IMG/VR virus record: IMGVR_UViG_3300031368_000001
Span: 32,001 to 96,000 of that record
Direction: 5' to 3' (one strand)
DNA: 64,000 bases
Source: a virus
Shown: positions 20,265 to 30,787 of the stretch, piece after piece
Layout of the letters: each line of letters begins with the position of its first letter
Position numbering within the stretch: the stretch's first letter is position 1
The notes under the pieces: model-generated
What the model was told of the DNA's origin: nothing
Database searches by the model: none
Seen by the model: the letters and a program-made list of their open reading frames with translations, nothing else
Made by a program: the position numbers and the translations under genes

Positions 20265-21608
20265 TTATGAACTGAACGACTCTCTCCACACTGCATCGAA
20301 AGAGCGATACCAGACGCGGAGATGCATTTGCTTGACAGTTCTAAGTTCGTTACGAAAACCAAGGGTTCTTAATATTCGGCCTACATCCTTACGAGTAATC
20401 CTTTCTTTCTCTGCATTAGCCATATTAAGAAGAGTCTCCATACGAAGATAAATAACTTCACCATTCACCACAATTCTACTACCTATCCATTTGATATCCT
20501 TCATCACACCTTCTGAATAAACTTCTGAATTAATTAATCTTAAAATTAATCCAGTTAATGTCTCATCCATGGTAAGCTGAATAATTTCAGCTTCAGCCAA
20601 AGCTTTATTAACCATGTTTTCCCATGTTAGCTGTTTTACTGGTTTTGGAATCCTACCGGCTAGCTCACAAAATTTAATTTTAAACATGGAAAAAATAACC
20701 AATTCGTTTGTATTCATCTCAACTGATTCATCACTATGATTAGCTAAAAAAACTCTATATTTTCTTGCGCTATCGGGTGGAGGATATTTCAAAATTTGAA
20801 TTTTACTAATCTTTTCACCAACAGTTTTCCCCATTGCTTCTCGACCTTCTCGATCAGCAACTGATTTTATAGTACGTTTAATTTCTTTCCAGTCTAAAGG
20901 AGGAGTATTTCTTTCATTCCAATTCTCAAGAATTATTTCAGTTTGTGTAATATCACCATTAAAAATTCGTAAATAATAACCAGCAAGCTTGGTACAAACA
21001 GCATTTCGACTACCTTCCTTTACGCCCATAAGAGCTTCCTGTACCCAACCTTCAGGATTTTTTGAAACTCCGGTTATTCCCTGATCGGCTACAAGCTTAT
21101 CCTTAACATCACTTGGCAAATCCATAAGATCATCAAGGTCCATCTCAATAGGATCAATATCCCATTTATACTGAGTGCCATTAGGATGAATAGAAGGAGC
21201 TACTACAATATATCCTCCATCAGCACGAACATCCACATCAGGGAATAAACCAACTCTATTCTGATATTTTTGGTCTCGAGGATGTTTAAATAAAAGATGA
21301 AGAGATCCTTTTTTGCCTGTGGTTTGAGTAATAGTACCGTGAAGGTCGCCAAAGGCCGCAATATAATTCTCACGACCTATTTGTGAATCTAAATCTAATA
21401 CAATAAGATCCGAAACAAAACCAGTAACAAGACCAATATTAGCATCAGGCCATTTTTTCCACCAATGTTTTATTTGATCATCTGTTGCTTTCTCTTTTTG
21501 AAATTTTTCCCATGTTTTTAGCATAGGACTTTTTTCTCCAGGCCGAATTGGAAAAACAGACCATCCCAAACGAGCATATGCTAAAGCATACTCAGCTAAA
21601 GTTTTCAC
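20265..21608 (-). CDS. Bifunctional DNA primase/polymerase (Prim-Pol + PriCT-1)
   Basis: GWSVFPI, WPDANIGLVTG, LIVLDLD, HLLF, VDVRADGGYIVVAPSIH, EGSRN. Confidence 0.92.
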   Translation of the reverse strand: MKTLAEYALAYARLGWSVFPIRPGEKSPMLKTWEKFQKEKATDDQIKHWWKKWPDANIGLVTGFVSDLIVLDLDSQIGRENYIAAFGDLHGTITQTTGKKGSLHLLFKHPRDQKYQNRVGLFPDVDVRADGGYIVVAPSIHPNGTQYKWDIDPIEMDLDDLMDLPSDVKDKLVADQGITGVSKNPEGWVQEALMGVKEGSRNAVCTKLAGYYLRIFNGDITQTEIILENWNERNTPPLDWKEIKRTIKSVADREGREAMGKTVGEKISKIQILKYPPPDSARKYRVFLANHSDESVEMNTNELVIFSMFKIKFCELAGRIPKPVKQLTWENMVNKALAEAEIIQLTMDETLTGLILRLINSEVYSEGVMKDIKWIGSRIVVNGEVIYLRMETLLNMANAEKERITRKDVGRILRTLGFRNELRTVKQMHLRVWYRSFDAVWRESFSS

Positions 21609-22101
21609 AGATCCTCCTTGATTTTCCCGAACAAAAAAATGAGGTTTTAAATAATTGAATATATTGAATTATTTAGAACTATAAATTTCTTTCGAGTAGA
21701 AAAAACTATTTCAGAAATTCTTTTTTAGCTTTTGCCAACTCCTCTGGATCATTAGATTTGTATAGAGCCCGTGGCATAGCTATTGAAATTAACGAATGAT
21801 TTATCTCTAAAATACTTTTGTTTTGCTTAAGAATTTCTTTTGATAATTCCATTAAATCTTGATCTGGTCTAATTTGTTCAATTTCCATCTAATCCTCCAA
21901 AAAAAATTGCCGCTTCTCTCAGACTACGCTCGAAGCTGGGCACTCCGCCCCGTGCCTCACGACATAGGGAATCTAAAAGAAAGCGGCAAAATGTATTTGA
22001 TTCTTACCTCACCCAGCTCTTGGCGTTTTATACTCATTTAACTTATAATCTATTTATTAAAGTCCAATTATTACATTTTTTTAATTCATTATCCATGTTT
22101 T

Positions 22102-22425
22102 TTAATTCATTATCCATGTTTTTTTTAATTCACTGTCCATATCCTTTATCAATTTTTTTGTATCATCCAAGGATCTACCAACTATAGCTTTTCCCTCAGC
22201 TATTTTGACATCACGCATAAAGATAGCCTGGAGTTTACTTGGTTTATCATATCCTACTTTAACTTCAATAGACCCAAATAAACTCCGATAACAAAAAATA
22301 ATATCTATTACTCCACGATTTCCCCAGGGACCAGGATAAACGGGAAAGGCCTTGCAGAAAGAAAGAGAGTTAAGAAACTTTAAAGTGTCTCTTACAAGAT
22401 CAGTATGTTTGGTGCTTCTAGCCAT
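22102..22425 (-). CDS. VRR-NUC (PD-(D/E)xK) nuclease/resolvase
   Basis: GVIDIIFC...SIEVKVGYDKPSKLQ. Confidence 0.85.
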   Translation of the reverse strand: MARSTKHTDLVRDTLKFLNSLSFCKAFPVYPGPWGNRGVIDIIFCYRSLFGSIEVKVGYDKPSKLQAIFMRDVKIAEGKAIVGRSLDDTKKLIKDMDSELKKTWIMN

Positions 22426-22936
22426 GAATAATCTCCTGCGATGTACACTTCAGTGCAGTCGCTATTTTTTGAGCCGTGAAAAGAGATGTTTGTTGTTTTA
22501 TAAATAAAAAAGATATGCTCTGACGAGTAAGTCCTATTTTCTCCGCTAGCCTACTTTGATTATATTTTAAAAGAATCATTTCTTGTTTAATTTTATCAAC
22601 ATCTATCTTAGTTTTAAATTTATTAACAGATTCTTTTGCAACAGAGAGCTCGTAAATAATATCAGAAATATGGTAGAATCCTTTATTCTTAAGATTCCGA
22701 ATAAAAATTTTTATATCCCGAGTAGAGGTAAACCATCCTGTTTTTTTTACCCTTGAATTGTTGAAAAATAAATAGATTTTTTGTTTTGCTGTATGATCGT
22801 TCTCTGTGTTGATAATCTTTAGACAAAGCAGTTTCTTTGAAGAACCAGCTTGAAGCTTTTGAATTCGTGCATCAATATTTGTAGCAATCCCAATTCTGAC
22901 GGGTGTACCTCGTTGTTGTTTGATAAAATAAATCAT
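22418..22936 (-). CDS. GIY-YIG/T5orf172-like domain fused to an XRE-type HTH
   Basis: MIYFIK...VRIGIATNIDARIQKLQAG; C-terminal QSRLAEKIGLTRQSIS. Confidence 0.7.
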   Translation of the reverse strand: MIYFIKQQRGTPVRIGIATNIDARIQKLQAGSSKKLLCLKIINTENDHTAKQKIYLFFNNSRVKKTGWFTSTRDIKIFIRNLKNKGFYHISDIIYELSVAKESVNKFKTKIDVDKIKQEMILLKYNQSRLAEKIGLTRQSISFLFIKQQTSLFTAQKIATALKCTSQEIIHG

Positions 22937-22942
22937 GAATAT

Positions 22943-23023
22943 AGAATAAACCTAAAAAAAAATGAAGTCAAGTCATTTTTTATACATTTTTTTGTTGACA
23001 TTCATTTTCTAATAAAATATACT
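22943..23023. promoter_or_regulatory. Back-to-back sigma70 promoters
   Basis: Plus: TTGACA (22995)-17-TATACT (23018); minus: TTGACT (22971)-17-TATTCT (22948-22943). Confidence 0.8.
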
Positions 23024-23107
23024 GTATTCGACTAAGTAAAAAACTCTGTCAAGCAAAGAAAGAGAAAATAAAACATCAAGGAATGAAACATCAAGGAAAA
23101 AGGCACT

Positions 23108-24721
23108 ATGGAAATAAGCATCAAGGAATCTAAAAAAAAGGATAGACACCTCATTCTTCAATTTGACTATGATCCAGATATAATTTCTCAAGTGAAATCC
23201 ATCGGGATGAGATGGAGCCCGGCTAAAAAAATCTGGCATAGTAAAATCACCAAGCTTTTTGTTAGTTCCTTCCTTAAATTATTTCCTGAATTTCAAGATG
23301 AGTTAGAAGGATATGCTTTACAACCAGCCATAAACACTAATTATTTACCTTCAGAATATCTCAGGAATCATCAAAGAGAATCAGCTGCTTTAGAAAATCC
23401 GAGATACGGTGTATGGCACGATATTGGCTGTGGAAAGACCGTTTTGGCCATAGAGCTAATGAAACAGAAGGATGTAAAGACTATGGTAGTTTGTCCACTA
23501 TCTATCATTGAAACAACTTGGTTAGAGCTAATAGAAAAATTTGATCCTGAACGTTTTAAGTATACAATAAATCTCTGGGCACTAAAACAAAAAAATTCAC
23601 CAGCTGGAAGACGGGCTTATGAAGAAGGCTTAAAAAATTGTAAAACCGCACTTATAAATTTTGAGTCTTTTAGGACTATTCAAAAAGATTTAGAACAAGC
23701 AGACTTTCGGATGCTGCTGATTGACGAATCAACCTACTGTAAAAACCCTCGCTCCAAAATTACCGAGGCATTACTAGATTTTGGAGAAAATATGGATTTT
23801 GCATATCCTCTTTCTGGCAACCCTGCACCTAATTCTGAAATGGAATATTGGTCACAGACTCAGTTAATAGATCCAACTTTATTCGGAACTAACTTTTACG
23901 CTTTCAGAGCTCGTTATTTCTATAGCCATGGTTATGGAAATTTTAAGTGGTCAATGAAAAAAGATAAGCGAGAGGATTTTCTGGGAAAATTAGCTGGTAT
24001 ATCTGAAGCGGTACGAAAAGAAGATGTACTTGATTTACCTGAGAAGACAGAAAATGTTAGAAAGATATATTTGAATGTCACTGAGAGAAAAGCTTATGAA
24101 GATATGAAGAAGCATCTGGTTATCGAGTTCGGCGATCAAGAAATTATTGCCGCAAATGCTGCGGTTAAACTTATGAAGTTAAGAGAAGGTACAAGTGGTT
24201 TCTACTTAGATCAAGAAAAAAACGCAATTCATGTTGGAGACTCAAAGCTAAATGAACTTGAAAAATTACTAGAAGAAGCAAGAAATAATCAGATGATTAT
24301 CTGGACACATTTTCATTATGAAGCAGATCAAATTGAAAGACTATTCCGAAAAATATTGAAACAAAGATCAATAACCTGGGGTCGGGTTGATGGAACAATC
24401 AATAAGCAAGAGACTAAAAATCAGACGATTAAAGAATTCAAGGAAGGGAGACTCCAGTATTTAGTAGCTCATCCAGGTTCCCTTGGTCGCGGACAAAACC
24501 TATACAATTGTTCTTACATGACATTTTTCAGCCTCAGTCATAGCTATGACTTATTCGATCAGTGTGGAGGACGAATATATCGAGATGGCCAAGTAAACAA
24601 ATGTTCTTACTATTTTTTAATCGCTGATCGTTCTGTGGATGAAGTAATTATGAAAGCATTATTAGAGAAAGGTAAAGTGGTTGAGGCGGTATTTGAATAT
24701 ATTAAGAAGGGAGGGAAATGA
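23108..24721 (+). CDS. SNF2-family DNA helicase
   Basis: HDIGCGKT, DEST, LSGNP, QCGGRIYRDGQ. Confidence 0.92.
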   Translation: MEISIKESKKKDRHLILQFDYDPDIISQVKSIGMRWSPAKKIWHSKITKLFVSSFLKLFPEFQDELEGYALQPAINTNYLPSEYLRNHQRESAALENPRYGVWHDIGCGKTVLAIELMKQKDVKTMVVCPLSIIETTWLELIEKFDPERFKYTINLWALKQKNSPAGRRAYEEGLKNCKTALINFESFRTIQKDLEQADFRMLLIDESTYCKNPRSKITEALLDFGENMDFAYPLSGNPAPNSEMEYWSQTQLIDPTLFGTNFYAFRARYFYSHGYGNFKWSMKKDKREDFLGKLAGISEAVRKEDVLDLPEKTENVRKIYLNVTERKAYEDMKKHLVIEFGDQEIIAANAAVKLMKLREGTSGFYLDQEKNAIHVGDSKLNELEKLLEEARNNQMIIWTHFHYEADQIERLFRKILKQRSITWGRVDGTINKQETKNQTIKEFKEGRLQYLVAHPGSLGRGQNLYNCSYMTFFSLSHSYDLFDQCGGRIYRDGQVNKCSYYFLIADRSVDEVIMKALLEKGKVVEAVFEYIKKGGK

Positions 24722-25432
24722 ATGAAGAAAACATATTGTGATATCTGTGATAAGGAAATTCGAGGTGAAGATAATCGGAGTACTATATACATTAAGGAAA
24801 GGGATGCTTATTCAGGCGAAATTCTTTTTTCTGAAGTTTGTAGTACTTGTACAAGGAAAGTAATAGATTTTATAAACGAGATTACGGAACATCGACGGGA
24901 GAAAAAATAACAATGACAAAAATTCAGTACTTAGGTCTTTTTCTATTATTCCTTGCACATTATTTCAACCACTGGCCTTACTTTAAAAAGAATGAATTTT
25001 CTTGTAGATTGATAGCTTGGATCTGTTTTACTGGTGCTAGTTTATGCTTAGGATTTGTTTTATTTGGTTAACAAGGATTAGAACAATGACTGATATTGAT
25101 ACCATCGAACTCTCAGGCGAAATAACAGCCGATACGGATCTGGCTATCCTATTCACTGACAGCATAACCGAAGCATGGATAGCGAGATCTTTGATTGAGA
25201 TTGAAACTGACTTTTACAAATTCGGAGAACCAATAACGATAATTATGCCGAGATGGGTAGCAGAAAAAGAAGGATTTATATGAATTCAAAAGAAGCTATA
25301 AAAGAAATACAGAAAGAAATGAATGAATTGGAACTTCAAACTGAATTAGTCTGGATACTTATAGCAGTTTTAACAGTTTTATATTTTATCTACCCTTTAT
25401 TTATTATCTAAAAACTTTAACAAGGAGGAATT

Positions 25433-25876
25433 ATGACCGAAGAAAAAGATCTAACCAAATTATTCACCGAAGAAAAAAAATCTACCCCGGAGCTTCAGCA
25501 GCACGTAAAAGAGTTTTATGACCTTGTTATAAAAGAACGCGCTCTCAAGAAAGACCTCGATGAATTACAGGAAAAGCGTATGGCAGCTGAGGAGACTCTC
25601 TACAGCAGTTTAGAAGATGCTAACTTTGAACTCATAAGAACCGAGAACGGAACTTTTTCCAGACGAATCGATCTCTATGCCAACTTCGAGCCTGGAAAAA
25701 AAGAAGAGGGTTTTGCATGGCTTAAAGAACAGGGTTTTGGAGATCTGATCTACGAGACCGTAAACTCGAGAACATTCTCTGCATTTATTAAAGATTTTAA
25801 GAAAGATGAAATGGCGGAGTTACCGGAGTTTGTGAATACTTCGATTAAGAAGAAAATAGGTTTTAGGAAGAAGTAA
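25433..25876 (+). CDS. Phage replication-module coiled-coil protein (gp33-like)
   Basis: AFAWLKEQG-like motif (GFAWLKEQGFGDLIYETVNSRTFSAFIK). Confidence 0.6.
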   Translation: MTEEKDLTKLFTEEKKSTPELQQHVKEFYDLVIKERALKKDLDELQEKRMAAEETLYSSLEDANFELIRTENGTFSRRIDLYANFEPGKKEEGFAWLKEQGFGDLIYETVNSRTFSAFIKDFKKDEMAELPEFVNTSIKKKIGFRKK

Positions 25877-25887
25877 GGAGATTAATC

Positions 25888-26163
25888 ATGCCAAAACTCT
25901 ACACACACAAAGTGCATGTTTCACCTCTCAGTGGTACTTTTACACCTTTCCCTATTGATATGTTGAGATATGATTGTCTGTGTCCGAATTCAGAGGAAGA
26001 TTCTGGAAAAATTATAGAAAATTTTAGTGTTCCATGGGATTTCATGAAAGCAAGAGAAAGTCTTATCATCACTCTCGAGCGTGAAGGCTGGAAAACCTGG
26101 GAACCAACTTATGAAAGATGGAAAAGTTTTTCGTGGACAGTTGTAGGGCATGAGGTAATTTAA
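25888..26163 (+). CDS. Conserved phage protein
   Basis: FPIDMLRYD...ERWKSFSW motif. Confidence 0.65.
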   Translation: MPKLYTHKVHVSPLSGTFTPFPIDMLRYDCLCPNSEEDSGKIIENFSVPWDFMKARESLIITLEREGWKTWEPTYERWKSFSWTVVGHEVI

Positions 26164-27065
26164 TGCCCGCACCATCTCACGCAAAAACTTTATTAAGCAT
26201 TAACAAAACTTGGAGTGAATCTAAACTGAGGTTTAAATGCACAAACTGTGGTTATAAAGGTCATGTCAGTGAGCTATTATGTGTGGACGAAGAAAAAACT
26301 TTATGGTGTCCGAGATGTTCAACAGCAAATACTGTGTGGGAAAGAGATTTGATAGAAGAGGGGGGAATGAAAAATGGAGCTCAGCGAAATCATAGAAAAA
26401 GAACTTTGGGGAAAGAAAGTAAAGATAAAACCATGGCAATACTGTAAATGTCAAATCTGTACACAGAGATTTGGTTTTATAGATAGCATAGAGAGACCTT
26501 CACTTTGGAAAAGAAACCACGGACCGCAAGAAGACATAATTTATGTAAGATCTTCCTCTGAACCTAATGGAGAAATACAGGGATTTCTGACTGATCGTGT
26601 AGAGCTTTTATAACAAAAAAAAGAGTGAGATAATAATTAAAAAGAACGGGGAATGAGGTAATGATGAAAACAACAAAATGGATACCAAAAGTAGAATATT
26701 CATCTCGTGAAGATATGCTTGATTTTTTTTCTTTAGATAAAAGCGAGAATGAAAATTTAGGTGAGTTTGATAAATACAACGAAGTAGAAGTAGCTGTAAT
26801 CAGAGAGGATAATAAAATAGGATTCGAGTCAGCTGGTTGGAACAGTAAAGATAAAATAATTTTATTTAGTTGCGATTTAGGTATGAAAGTTTCTAGTGAC
26901 GAAGAAGCTGATAAAGATATTGAATGGTGGAGAAAAGTTGCAAACGTAATAGCAGATGCATTAAATAAAGAAAAACTATAGTTAAATGAATAAAAATAAA
27001 GGAGGTGAATATTAAGCTAGGGGATTCAAAGTAATAATAACCTTAACATACAAGGACAAAAAACA

Positions 27066-27788
27066 ATGAATACAAAAAACAAAGAATTAGCAACCAAAGA
27101 ACAAAGTGAAGAAAATCTCCCGGCAGAGCTCAAAGCTAAATTTGACCTCAAGCAAAACATGGAAGGGGTCACACCGAGACTTCCACAAATTTCCATCGTA
27201 CATCAAGCTCAATTATTCACTTTTCCAGATGAGACTCAGGTAAAAAAGTTTGAAGGGATTATTCTGGACACTAGTCGAATAAATGCCTGGTGGGAACAAA
27301 GTTATGATGAGACTGGAGGCGGAACTCCACCTGATTGTTTTTCTATGAATGGAGTTGAACCTGATCTTAACTGTAACATGCCACAAGCCAAAAGGTGTGC
27401 AGAGTGTGAGAAGAATAAATTCGGAAGCGATGGTCGTGGTAAGGCTTGTAAGAACATGAAACGGGTGCATATCATGCTCGAAGATGAAATGTTGCCCCTT
27501 AGACTTACACTTCCACCCTCAAATTTGAAAGCAATCGATATGTACATTTCTTTGCTGACTTCTAAAGGAATGCCGTACCAATTGGTTGTTACAAATTTTA
27601 AGCTTAAGAAAACTCAAAACAAGGACGGAATTGCCTTTTCAGAAATTAATCCAGAAAAGGTGAGGATCATAACAGATCCAGAAAAGGCTGAATTCTTGAG
27701 TAAAATGCTGAAAGAATTTAAACCTGTGATGAGAGGACAGGAAATTGTGATGGAGGAATATGGTAGTTCGGATACGGAAGAGATGTAG
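27066..27788 (+). CDS. Putative Zn-binding ssDNA-binding protein
   Basis: PPDCFSMNG..P...CAECEKNKFGS...GKACKN; located in the replication module. Confidence 0.6.
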   Translation: MNTKNKELATKEQSEENLPAELKAKFDLKQNMEGVTPRLPQISIVHQAQLFTFPDETQVKKFEGIILDTSRINAWWEQSYDETGGGTPPDCFSMNGVEPDLNCNMPQAKRCAECEKNKFGSDGRGKACKNMKRVHIMLEDEMLPLRLTLPPSNLKAIDMYISLLTSKGMPYQLVVTNFKLKKTQNKDGIAFSEINPEKVRIITDPEKAEFLSKMLKEFKPVMRGQEIVMEEYGSSDTEEM

Positions 27789-28179
27789 ATAGCTGGGAAG
27801 TTATCAGTGAATTCAAGCCTGCCCTGTGCATATAGCACAAGAGGAAAATTAAACTCATTCAGAACAACCTCTTAGGGCAGGCTAACTAAAAAAAATTGGC
27901 TGCTGGGGACAGTGGTAAAAAGAGGAGAAAAGGACAAATTTATGCGGTGTATATTCTGCCAGCTCCCAGAATTTCAGTTTGATTATTTATCTCAACAAAT
28001 CAAAGAAGCTAAATGCGCTAATGATGTCACTGAGATAATTTGTTCAAATTGTGTACAGAAAATTTTTAGTTTAAGCAAAGAACGTTTACAGGAGTTTCAA
28101 GAATTAAACCGGAGGAAGGAAAAGGCAAAAGCAGTAGACTACATTCAAAAAATATTATCTAGTGAAAAGGAGAAAATTG

Positions 28180-28395
28180 ATGAACCGGGAAAAAGATCAC
28201 CTCACTCGAGATTTCCTAAAAGAAAAAAAAGTGCTTGAATTACTGGGAATCGTTGAAGGAACTCTTGAGAGGCTCATAAGAGAAAAGGATTTTCCGCACA
28301 TAAAAATTGGCCAAGGAAGGCTATTTTATGAGCAGGATGTGATAAAGTGGCTGAGACTTCAAAAACGTGGGTACAATTCTAAGAAAAATGTATAA
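28180..28395 (+). CDS. Excisionase/MerR-like HTH protein
   Basis: FLKEKKVLELLGI...DFPHIKIGQGRLFYEQDVIKWL. Confidence 0.75.
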   Translation: MNREKDHLTRDFLKEKKVLELLGIVEGTLERLIREKDFPHIKIGQGRLFYEQDVIKWLRLQKRGYNSKKNV

Positions 28396-29507
28396 GTTTT
28401 GTGTAAGTTTCGAAGAAGTTTGATTTGTTTTCAGTATAGTTTCGTAGGATTTTTTTTTAGCTAATGTCATCCTACCCACAAAAATTGAAAGTCGCTCCAC
28501 AGCGCTAAAAAAGGGCTTAAAGAGGAAATGGGATTTTTGAAAGGAGACAAGATGAAACAAGAGCTTAAAATCGTTACTCCAACAGGCACTGGAACCGTAC
28601 AGTATGGAGAGTTTATGCTTAACGATGGACGGAAAAAGAAATTCCATTGCTGGTGGAACGGGAGTGGCATAGGTGGCGATAGTGATACCATAGAGGAGGC
28701 GAGAAAACATCTCATTGAATTTATCAAAATCAGATTAGCATCTGAACTTAATCAGCTTGAAGAACAATCAGCAAATATTCGATTGTTTTTGAGAGAAATA
28801 TAATAATGGCGTTGAATCCAATGCCTAAGAATTAGTGCAGCTATGGAAATAATCTTAAAACTAACCATACCGGATAAAACTATCAAGAATCTAGATGAAG
28901 CTTCGGAGAAACTGGGCTGGGGTCAAGATATATGCTGGTGGGACATAGTAGAGAGAAATGTTGATGAGGTAGTTGAGAGATTGGGAGGGACCTGGAGATT
29001 TATGAAGATAATCTCAAAGAAGAGAAGATGGAGATTTTTTAGGTGGTAAGAAGATGAAGATATTAGCAACAATCAGTGATAATCCACTAGCACAATAGAA
29101 AAAGAACCCGAATTAGTTAAAGCTTTTGATGTTACATCGTGCCTGACAATATTCTATCAACTCAAAGAAATTGCGGATCTAGTGAATTCTTCTCCAAGTA
29201 GCTACTGTGAAGCAGCAAACCATATGGCTTATCTGATAAATCAAATAGAGAAATATATAAGATAATTTTTTTCAAAAGGAGGAAAATCAATGTTAGAACT
29301 TAAAATCGAAATCAAAGATAGTGAAACCGGATACGCTGTCACAAAAATCAAAAATCTTTCACTTGGTACTGGAACAACTTTTCGATTTGATACTGTTAGG
29401 CAGACATTATTAAATATAGTGGAGATGATTGTTCCAGCTTGTGAAAATCTCAAAGAAAAGTAATTTTTTAATTTGATATTTTTTGTATGATGTAGTAAAC
29501 TTACCTC

Positions 29508-29699
29508 ATGGATAAAAAAACTATGAGCAACAAAATTACAGGCAACAAATTTCAAACTATAAAAATCTGGGAAAAAACATTCAAACTATTATACTTTGTC
29601 AGAGCATATACTGGAGAATCTATCGTAGCTCTTTTTGATAGATTAGTGAATGAAGAATTAATTAGAGTACAAAGAGGGGATAAGCCATACAAGAAATAA
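29508..29699 (+). CDS. Ribbon-helix-helix-like DNA-binding protein
   Basis: FQTIKIWEKTFKLL...TGESIVALFDRLV; TTGATA-17-TAAACT promoter ends 7 nt before the ATG. Confidence 0.55.
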   Translation: MDKKTMSNKITGNKFQTIKIWEKTFKLLYFVRAYTGESIVALFDRLVNEELIRVQRGDKPYKK

Positions 29700-29757
29700 A
29701 TTTAAATGGATTGAGAGAGCCAATTGCTGCAACTGATTTGTAACGTTAAGCAACAAT

Positions 29758-30081
29758 ATGAGAATATCAGAACAAACAATAAAAAAGATTTTAGAAGATA
29801 ATTTAGATCTATCAGATTTTCTACAAGATTATGATGAGTTGAAATATCGAATAGGGAATATGGGACGTGGTAAGACAAAAGGAAAATCAAAATTCAAAGG
29901 AGTTGATTTTGATATCTGCAAAAAACAATGGAGGGCGCGAATCACAGAAAATTATTCTAGAAAATTTCTTGGTTATTTTGATTCTGAAGTAGAAGCAGCT
30001 AAAAAATATGATCAAGCGGCTCTATTGATATTTGGAAGATATGCTAGACTAAATCGTGAAATTTTTCCAGGTGAGTTTTAA
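29758..30081 (+). CDS. AP2-domain DNA-binding protein
   Basis: SKFKGV...WRARI...LGYFDSEVEAAKKYDQAA. Confidence 0.85.
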   Translation: MRISEQTIKKILEDNLDLSDFLQDYDELKYRIGNMGRGKTKGKSKFKGVDFDICKKQWRARITENYSRKFLGYFDSEVEAAKKYDQAALLIFGRYARLNREIFPGEF

Positions 30082-30380
30082 TTGGTAAATTATCTTATAG
30101 GAAGAAACTATGAATCTCCTTCTCACACTACTTATAATTATCTTAGTCCTTGAAGGCATTAGCAGAACCGAAATCACTGTTCACTGTTGCATCACGGACT
30201 GTAACAATATAACAACATGGACACTGACTTACTGGCTTATAGCCTGTTTTTTTACCGTCAGTTGGCATCCTTATGTATGTGGAAAACATTGGGAACTTTT
30301 TGAAGAAATAGGAAAAGAGGATGAGGTGAAACTTAGAGAAAAAGTGGAGAAGAAATAATAAACAAAGCAAGGAAAATTTA

Positions 30381-30755
30381 ATGTATGGTATTTCTATAAA
30401 ACAACCTTGGGCGAGCCTAATAATTACAGGAATAAAACCTATTGAAAACAGAACTTGGTCTACATCTTATCGGGGGCCTCTCTTAATTCACGCTTCAAAA
30501 AAATGGGATAAGGATGGGGCTGAATTTATCACTGAATCACATCCAGAATTAAAAAATTTGGTTCAAACCAGCAGAAATCTTACTGGAGTATTTCTTGGAC
30601 AAGTTTTAATGATCGATTGTGTTCAGAAACATAGTTCTGAATGGTTCTTTGGACCTTATGGATTTGTATTTATGCATTCCAGAGAATTTTATAAACCTAT
30701 TCCATACAAAGGTCACCTAAGAATTTTTAGTGTGCCTGATAATGTTTTGTACTAA
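30381..30755 (+). CDS. ASCH domain protein
   Basis: ISIKQPWASLIITGIKPIENRTWSTSYRGPLLIHAS. Confidence 0.92.
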   Translation: MYGISIKQPWASLIITGIKPIENRTWSTSYRGPLLIHASKKWDKDGAEFITESHPELKNLVQTSRNLTGVFLGQVLMIDCVQKHSSEWFFGPYGFVFMHSREFYKPIPYKGHLRIFSVPDNVLY

Positions 30756-30787
30756 AAATACAGGCTAAAAATACAGGCTAAAAATAC

